The notes under the pieces: model-generated | Seen by the model: the letters and a program-made list of their open reading frames with translations, nothing else | Told to the model about the DNA's origin: nothing | Databases searched by the model: none | Shown here: one piece after another, positions 55,293-64,000 of the stretch | Numbering within the stretch: the first letter of the stretch is position 1 | How the letters are laid out: each line of letters starts with the position of its first letter | Origin: the human T2T-CHM13v2.0 reference genome, Homo sapiens | Strand: one strand, 5' to 3' | NCBI RefSeq assembly: GCF_009914755.1 | Contig: NC_060936.1 | Length of the DNA: 64,000 bases | Position numbers and translations under genes: made by a program

Positions 55293-57341
55293 TCAGCAAA
55301 TGTTGCAAATGTTGATAAAATGAAAGAATGTAAGTAACCAATTGGTTTTGTTTAGAAGAATCCAGAAAATCTAAGACAGAGTTTCTTGTGAGAATATCCT
55401 AACACACTAGAGGGTTAGACCAGGGTAGGAAAAGGCTGTAGCTAGGGTCTGTGCATAGGAAATTACACATAACCCAGAGCTTATCTTATCTTTGCAGCAG
55501 CCAGCCTGCCCAAATCTGAACAAACTCATGGAGGTGTCAGACATACTGGGAAAATTCAAAGATGCTTTTCACATTTCCAGAAAAAAAATCCTTTATTATT
55601 TGTGTGCTTTTTTGTATCTCAAGTCATAACTAAAGCCCAACTGAATAGCCCACTTTATTCTATCACATTATTCAGGTAGAAATTAAAGCAGAATTGATAC
55701 AGCTAAGGGGTAGCAAGGCCGGACACTCATGCTGTCCAAGCTCAGATTAAGCCAAGAATTCAATTTAGTTTATGAAAATGTCAGAGACTGTCTCTGTTAC
55801 AGCTACTCTGACCTCATGAGATCTTCTCCATTGACAACTCCATAAAATCACCACAGTGGCTAGCTTCTAGGCCACCATAGTCCTTTAAATAATAGCTAAA
55901 ACAAGACACAAGAACAGTTATCAAGAGTAGAACTGAAGGTCAGGAGGAAATTTTTGGCTAATGGATCCTGTGACCTTTTTTTTGGTGGTAGAGGAGAGGG
56001 AGACTTTCAAAATAAGCAATAGTTTAAAACTTCTGATATTCTGAGTTAGTGCTAATATTTATAACTTAATATATTTTTATCTTGGATAGATATCCCTCCA
56101 ATGCTGATTTTGATTCTTCTAAGATTTGCCTCTAACCTTCAGCTCATTTACAATCTCCCCAGCCTAAAAGATGGTGTACAGATTGCCTGAGATAGGGACC
56201 AGCAGCTGTGTTTTTTCTGGCAATTCAAGCACTTTGAATATAGGTCTTGGCATTTGAAATGCTAGCCTGCAAACTCCGCATTGAAGTTCTTTGAGAATTT
56301 ATCAGTTTGTGCTTAGGGACTTTTCAAATGGAAAAACGAAGTTATTCATGTTTTCACAGGCAGTTCCAATTCCAAATTGTGTCAAGGGTAAAATGTTTCT
56401 GTGTTTGAAAGGCCAAGGCAGAATTGCGTAACCCAGAAGAGGACGATATAATGCTACCCAAGGAACAAATTGCAAGGCTTTAAACATTTGCTATTATAAT
56501 TCTATAAATTTATGCAATAGGAAGTTGTTCTTTCTTGCCCCTTAGGGGAACTGAATTTGGTTTTCATAGTAAATGTGCAAGGCTCTGAGGATTAGAAATT
56601 CAAATAGTTACCATAAAGAAAGAATGTTTTTGCTTTATGTGTTTCCACACTTGGGAAGCTGTTTCTGAGTTTTGCCGGTGGCATGATGTATGAGTTTTTC
56701 CAAGTTGTAATAGGTAATTGCGATTTGGGCAATTTTTATCTTTTCTCTTTTTAAACAACTGAGACCTCAGAGTCTGTGAAGCTGGACTGCCATATTGGTT
56801 CCCAGAATTCATTACCCAGACATCTTTCCAGGCCACCACTCATTTTTTCACTCATGTTTTAAGCTACGGAATGGGATACGGACTACATAATATGAAAACT
56901 CAGAGAACTATGAGTGCATTGTAATGACTGAGAAGTTGTGAAGTGTGTAGAAGGATTTCTATTTGCAATAAGAATTTTTATATTTAAGTTTGTACATGAG
57001 TAAGAGTTTCTACAAAACTGTACACTGGTTAAACTAGCAATACTAAAGAAACCAATACTGAGTTCTTAGTTAGTTTGGAGCCGAGAGTCTCAAGAGGTAA
57101 ATTCTAAGTAAGGATATGATGTGAGATGAAAATATAAATAAATAGGAAGAGAGGACCACTGAGAAAAATATCCTGGTCTAGCGGCTTTTAACCCCAAAGC
57201 TTGGTTTTCCCACAACATTTGTGCTGCATTCTGTCTGCAACTATTTTCATTTGGAAACCAAGCAACTGATTTCAAACTATAGGTATATATCTTGGAATAT
57301 TTGCAAGCAATGGACTTGGTGAGGAAGGGTAGTTAGTTAAA

Positions 57342-57382
57342 ACACACACACACACACACACAGACACACACACACACACACA

Positions 57383-57416
<34 letters not shown>

Positions 57417-57420
57417 TACA
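57342..57420. repeat. Interrupted (CA)n microsatellite
   Basis: Directly visible, with GA interruptions. Confidence 0.98.
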
Positions 57421-57994
57421 GGGAGAGAGAAACCAAGACAGCTATTCTTGTAGGTTCTATGTGTCAACGTTTTTTTGAAAGCTAACATTTTTTCCAGAAA
57501 CTCTGGTACACACCCTAAACAACCACAGTAAAAGCATAAGATTTTGTAAGATCTTAAGAGGAGAATGATAAAGGACTTAGAATTCGAACTCTCCCCAGAA
57601 GTTTCATTCATCCAAACAGGACAAAATCATCAAAATTATGTAACCAAATACTTTGTTTTAAGGGTGGGACAAACTGTTTCTTTAAAAAGCATATAAAACC
57701 AAGCCAAATTTTATTCAGGCTGATATTATTTGTTGTGATTTGTTTGGCTTTATGGTGAGCACAGGTGTACAAGTTCTGCTCTGAAGAGCCTGAAGATGGA
57801 AGACAGTGTGCTAGTTCCATTTCCCATTAGAAGGGCGTACCATTATTCTATCAATCCTGGCAAGAACTTAACATTTGATATAACAGAGTAATAGGTATAA
57901 ATCTTGCAAAGGTAAATGTATTAAACAAACAGAAGATAGTAGCATACGATTGCCTAAAATGATTATGCTATTCTACCCACTTTTCTTTGACTAA

Positions 57995-58407
<413 letters not shown>

Positions 58408-58704
58408 ACAAAGTTCTTTCTTAATCTGGCTTTCTTAGCAAATGAGAAGAAAAACTAAAAAATCAGTAATATATAAAATTCATAATCTGTAAGAATTGGG
58501 TGATTTGAAGTAAATAAGTTTGATCAACTTGTGTGTTTGAAAGTTCAATATATTGCACATAGGTCTGTAGATATCTGAACAGGTGTAAACTTCAGAAGAA
58601 TGATAAATTTTAATTTCACCCAACTTTTTAATTTAACTATATATATTTTCATTTACCCAATCAGATAACAGCCTACCAATTAATTCATACTTAAGAAGTA
58701 ACAT

Positions 58705-59720
58705 TCCTTCGACAAATATTTACTAAGCCTCTGACATGTGCTAGGCAAAAACTAGTCATTAGGAAATGATGGTATCTAGAATGAATCATTGCCCTTACCA
58801 AACCTATAGTGATCCAGCATGAAAGATAGGCAATTAAACAAGAAATAACACAGAGGTGCTAAAGTGTGATGACACAAGTGCTTACAGAAGAGCATATGTC
58901 CAAAGCATCTAACTTAGTTAAGGTGGGATAAAGAAAAGCTTATAGGAGGCACCACACCCAGATATCTCCCTTCTGGTATTTGCCAGCACCTAAGCTTATG
59001 CAATTGTTATTTGCCATGTCTACCATCTGTCTGCTCCTGCTAGCATGGAAGCTTCTTAAGGACAGTGGCTATTTTGTTCATTGCTGTATCCCTAGGACCT
59101 AAAGCAAGGTCTGGCGCATAAAGGGCACTCAATAAGTACTTGCTGACTTAATGACTGACTGGTCAAAAAAAATGGTGCTGGGGAGGGAGCCATCTGAGCC
59201 ATATTGAGCAGTTTAGACTTCATTCCTCAGCCAGCGGAAAGCACGGGGAAGTTTTCAGCAGGGCAATGGCACGATCTGATGTAATGTACCACTCTAGCTC
59301 CACAGAGAAAATTGGGCAGAGTAGGGCCAGGCTGATGGCCTTTAGTCAGGGAGCTACACCAAGTGTGTTTCAAAATTAATTGATGGTGGTCTAAAGATCG
59401 TGATGGTGATAGGGTTGGAGAGAAGTGGGCAGATTCAGGAGATGTTTAGGAAGTGTCTATAATTGGACGTGATGGAGGGAGAAAGGGGAATAGTCAAGAA
59501 GGTTTCCAGGCTTGAGTCACTGGCTGGTTGGATAATGTTAATATTCCTGAGACAGGAAGGAGTGGAGCAGGAGGGGTTTTTTGAGGGAAGATCAAGGGTT
59601 TGGTTTTGAGCCTGTGTACTTTGAGGTGTCTGCATGACACCCAAGTAAAAATTGTCCAATAGATAATCTGATAAATAGTATCTAATTTCAAGCTAAGAAT
59701 GAAGTCTGAAATGCAAATAC
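58705..59720. mobile_element. Antisense L2 with a sense L2a 3' end (~58945-59160) nested inside
   Basis: caaatatttactaagcctctgacatgtgctaggc (-); ttgttcattgctgtatccctag...gcactcaataagtacttgctgact (+); ctttgaggtgtctgcatgacacccaagt (-). Confidence 0.7.
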
Positions 59721-60521
59721 AAGTTGAACTAACTCAACACAGAAATTTAGGTGCACCCCAAACTTGTTAGGGAGTTACAATAACCAGAACAGAATTTTTG
59801 TCTTTCCATTTTCATGACACTTGATATGCCTCACTTGCTAAGCATTAGCTGCTGCTGCTGACAACTTCTTGGTGTCAGACTCATCTTCAAGTTGAAGTGC
59901 CGAACTGCATTGACAGGGGCCTGGCCGAGTGCAATTTCCAAATTGCTTGGCAGCCAAAAGAGGTGAAAAACTCATTACCAAGCCATCTGTCTTGAGATTC
60001 TGTCCTGGTTTCTAGGCCAGAGAAATTTGAATAATTTCAAGAAAACTTAAATAGCACACACAAATTAGTGTTCATTCGCTATCTGCCCCATATCCTAGTT
60101 TCTTGTGCATGAACAAATCCCTCAGAAAGTTGTGCAAGGTGGCAGTATTAGCAAGTAGATACCCTAGCTGCAGCCTTCATTTCCATAGAAAACATAATTT
60201 AACAGAGGATCGGAAGCCTTTCCATTAAGTATGCTACTTTTGGAACATAAGTAACTTTTGTTACTAGTATTATATTTTATTCCCAATTGTATGTTCCACT
60301 TTTAATCCTGAAATAAAATATTCCTGTACAATAAAATTAAAAGGTAATAATTGCAATGAAATTTATCTAATGGTCAATTTGAATCTCTTGCTTGTTGTAG
60401 AGAAACTTTGCTAGATTTAAATCTTTCCGCCCCTCTTCCTTTTCTTTCCATTCTCGCTCTCATTTTCTCTCTCTCTCTCTCTCTCCTCCACTCCTTGCTT
60501 CTATGTCTTTTTTTTTTTCTT

Positions 60522-61134
60522 TGTGAACCCAAAAGCATCTGAGACAGGTCTCAAGCAATTTAGAAAGTTTGTTTTGCGAAGGTTAAGGACACACCCATGA
60601 CACAGGCTCAGGAGGTCCTGACAGCATGTGGCCAAGGTGGCCAGGGTACAGCTTGCTTTTATACATTTTAGGGAGATATAATACATCAAACAATAGATGT
60701 AAGATTTACATTAGTTCAATCCAGAAAGACAGGACAACTTGAAGTGGGGGCTTCCAGGTCATAGGCAGATTCAAAGATTTTCTGATTGGCAATTAATTGG
60801 TTAAAAGAGTCATTGTCCATAGAAAGGAATGTCTGGGTTACAATAAAAGGTTGTGGAGATCAAGGTTTTATCACGCAGATGAAGCCTCCAGGTAGCAGAC
60901 TCAGTGAGAATAGATGGTGAATATTTCCTATCAGACTTAAAGAGTCTACTCTATCAGTAATTCCAAAAGGGAGGAAGGTATAATGAGGCATGTCTGGCTC
61001 CCCCGTCCCATCATGGCCTGAACAAGTTTTTCAGGTTAACTTTGGAAAGCCCTTGGCCAAGAGAAAGGGTCTATTCAGTTGGCTGGGCGGGCAGTGTGGG
61101 GGCTTAGACTTTTTTGTTGGTTTGTTTGTTTACA
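60522..61134 (-). mobile_element. MER4B-like ERV1 solo LTR
   Basis: tgtgaacccaaaagcatctgagacaggtctcaa...caggaggtcctgac...gcagatgaagcctccaggtagcag...tttttcaggttaactttgga...tttaca; TG...CA ends, TSD tctt/cctt. Confidence 0.92.
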
Positions 61135-61149
61135 CCTTGTATAATAAAA

Positions 61150-61365
61150 TAACCTGGAATTTCGAGTCAGACAGAACTAGGTTTGAGTCAGGTCTCTACC
61201 TTATTTTACTGGAATAGGCTGAACCTATTCCTGAGTTTTAAATAATAATAATATTGATGATTTAAAATATCACAGGGTTACTATGAGGGTTAGATAAGAA
61301 AATATAGACAAAGAACATTGCAGAAAGATGACTCACAGGATGTGTTCCGCAAATGTCATTTATAT
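61150..61365 (+). mobile_element. MIR remnant
   Basis: gagtcagacagaactaggtttgagtc...tcacagggttactatgagggttagataaga. Confidence 0.6.
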
Positions 61366-62059
61366 TCCCTTTTCCTCCAATATAAAATGTCATTTATATT
61401 TCCATTTTCCTCCAGCAAGAAGGCTATTGGGTATCAGCATCATGAAACTTGCTGGAAATAGTTCAATTAGTTTCAGTGAGTGGAGGAAGAGAAAACCAGG
61501 CGGCAATTGATTCAAAAGTAAATGAAAAATAATGATTTGTAGATATTAAGTGAGGCAGCCACTCTGTCAAGAGGCAGAAGAGGGTGTAAGAGTGGAGCAA
61601 CCGTGGGAAGGAGAATCAGAGTCAAGAAACATTTCTTGTTGCTAGTGGTTGATTGCTTTTTTAGAATGAGGAGACTTGAGTATGCCCATAACAAGAGAAG
61701 GGGACTGATAGAGGGGAGGAATATAAACGTGAGAGAGACCAATGATAGAGAAAAATCCTGAAGGAAATAGAATAACAGCAGCACTGATAAAAAGTAACTG
61801 TAGCAATAAAAACAAATTGCCACCTGAGTACAAGCTCCCTTTGGGCAATGCAAGCAGGACCTTTGGAGACCTGGAATCACTACATCTTGGACTTCATTCG
61901 GACTTTTTCTATTAGCCAGCAGTGCCAGGGCCTTCAGTGGATCTGTAGTTCAGGGATGAGGGGTACTGCCGGAGTCCCCTGGAAGTACCTGCCTTCCCCT
62001 GTTACCTTAAAAGGCAATTACTCATTGTATATCAAGTGATGAAGAGTTATACAGCTTAG

Positions 62060-62250
62060 ATAAAAGCCTGTTTGTGGGAAGTACAGGCTACAGTTTGAAT
62101 ACAAGCTCCATCATTCATTATTTGCATGATCTTAAGAACATTTTTAAAATTTCTCTAACTTTCTTTAACTCTAAAATAAGAATAATAACTCCTACATACG
62201 AGAACTGGAGATAATGTATGCCAAGTAACTAATAATGATTAGCACACAGG
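62060..62250 (+). mobile_element. MIR remnant
   Basis: gtttgaatacaagctcca...tgatcttaag...ctctaaaataagaataataac. Confidence 0.55.
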
Positions 62251-63124
62251 GACCACTTTTTTTATTGTGGGGTGTCAGAATACTATAATTTGCCTATTTG
62301 CCTGTTATTGAATAGTTCTTTGTTTTGTTTTCTTTTCTTTTCATAAACCTTTCAGCACATATAATATAATGTGCTTGCAGAGATTTAAGCTGTTGTCACT
62401 ATTATTGTTGTTACTCTAGGGTAGTCAAAAGAAGAGATTGTCCCAGAATTCTGAATGTGGCCAGAACCAACAGAACTGTGACGTTCCCCAGAAGAACCCA
62501 GGTCTTTGGTGCCACAGACATACGTGATGCAAAAATTATCATGATACCCAGTTTCAACATGAGAAAAGAAGGAATATTTGTATTATAGCTGAGGGCATTC
62601 ACTCGAAGAATCTTTCCTAAGACTTCAGCATCTATTCATTATTTTCATCAGTTTTAAAATCAGTATGATTCTTCCCCAATTTAATAGTAATTATGACATC
62701 TACAAAAGCACACACTACAGAAATACAGAGGTTAAAAGAGTGTCTAATTTTATTTCACTTAAGAACATTATTACTGTTATTATTATTTAGTAAGTATTGT
62801 ATTTAGCCAGTAATTTCAACTAGACTAATTCTCGTCATGAGTAGATTTTTAACATGAAGAAATTGGAATGTCTGAGGCTTACTTCATGATAGTCCTATTT
62901 TTGTGCTGCCTCTCCTCAATCCTGACTTCCTGTTCCAGTAGAAAAGGCAGAATCAAGATGTATTATATAATTACATTGAATAGTGAAGAATATTTGGAAA
63001 GATTTAAAGTAATAGGGCAAAGGTAGGGGTAAGAAAAGACCATATGGACCGATCCTTTGGTAAAAGTAGAAAAGCACTTCGCAAAATGCAGTGTGTACAT
63101 AAGTCAACTAGAGATCTAGTTACA

Positions 63125-63240
63125 ATACATATTCTGATTCAGTAGGCCTATGGTCAGGCCTGCGGTTTTGCATTTCTAACAAGCTTTCATATGAACTGCT
63201 GCTAGTTCCCCTCCCTTCCCCTGACACTCTGAATACTGGG
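63125..63240. mobile_element. MER5A/MER5B fragment
   Basis: attctgattcagtagg...tttgcatttctaacaagct. Confidence 0.75.
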
Positions 63241-64000
63241 GAAGAATCTAAAATCCAGTCATGAGTGGGGAGGAACAATGACATGTGCCCTCCTTTCACC
63301 TCAGCATCATAGAAAGTGTCTGAAAAATTCAAGCACTGGCCCCTTGCCATTTGGAGTCTCTCATGTTGTAACACAGCAGCTCGATGACACTTTGATGCTA
63401 GTAACTGACTTATACCCATCCACAGGCAGAAGGCATAGGCTGTGGAAACACTTTATCTAGAAACCTGACAGACATTGGTCAGATAGCCAGAGGAGTAGCA
63501 GTAACAAGGTGACATCATCTGTGGAGGACACACAACAAAACCAGGACCAGGAGTGTAACTGATAGCCTTTCTCAGAACCAGGCCACTACTATATGTGGGC
63601 CCAACAGTGATTCTCAAAGTAGATCTTCTGGAAAAATCATCACAAATCTTTCTCCTGAAAAAAATTTTTTTTTTCTGGTGGGCCCATCAACAGAGGGGTT
63701 TTCCTCTCCACTTTCTTTAAAATAAAACAAACTCAGACTCACAAATTAATTCTATACTAAGCATTTATTTTAAAAAGAAATAAGAAAAATATGTGAATAA
63801 ATCAATACATTAGAAAGGCCCTAATTTCTTTTAGAATCATTTACTTCAATAACAATGCAAGAATTATAGTGGAAATACATACTCCAGTTTATCTCCTGTT
63901 AAGGGTGTCTTTTTATTATAATATTTCCTTTTCTAAAAGCAGTCACCCTTTTAGGGCAGTGGAGACAGGCCAGCTATACCTACTTGCTTTTCATTGTCAA

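Overview
This is primate, very probably human, nuclear DNA: AT-rich, CpG-depleted and with no CpG island. It contains AluY, AluS, AluJ and L1PA elements. I found no protein-coding exon or gene that I recognise. The supplied ORFs are translations of Alu, L1 or LTR sequence, or chance frames. The window is a mosaic of interspersed repeats: 22 Alu/FLAM elements, L1PA/L1M fragments including a ~4.3 kb old L1ME skeleton, many L2/MIR remnants, six solo LTRs (THE1, MLT1 x2, MST, LTR16A, MER4) and several DNA-transposon fossils (MER75, MER94, MER103, MER47, MER3, MER102, MER5). It also holds microsatellites and one clear 3'-truncated, tail-less 7SK retropseudogene with a 17-bp TSD (45941-46161, minus). 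I see no evidence for a new multi-gene system. The best leads are small. (i) Several strong plus-strand splice signatures lie in unique DNA: candidate exons at 13760-13846, 39108-39151 and 52706-52772, and a branchpoint-TAG|GTAAGA recursive-splice-like site at 21733. They hint at an unrecognised long plus-strand transcript. (ii) An AluJ carries a 22-bp inverted template-switch duplication. (iii) A 40-bp non-TE segment is duplicated 3.2 kb apart. (iv) Five short dyads cluster at 59837-59957. Repeat family and subfamily names come from my recollection of consensus sequences, not from a database search. Boundaries of old L1M/L2/MIR elements are approximate (tens of bp).
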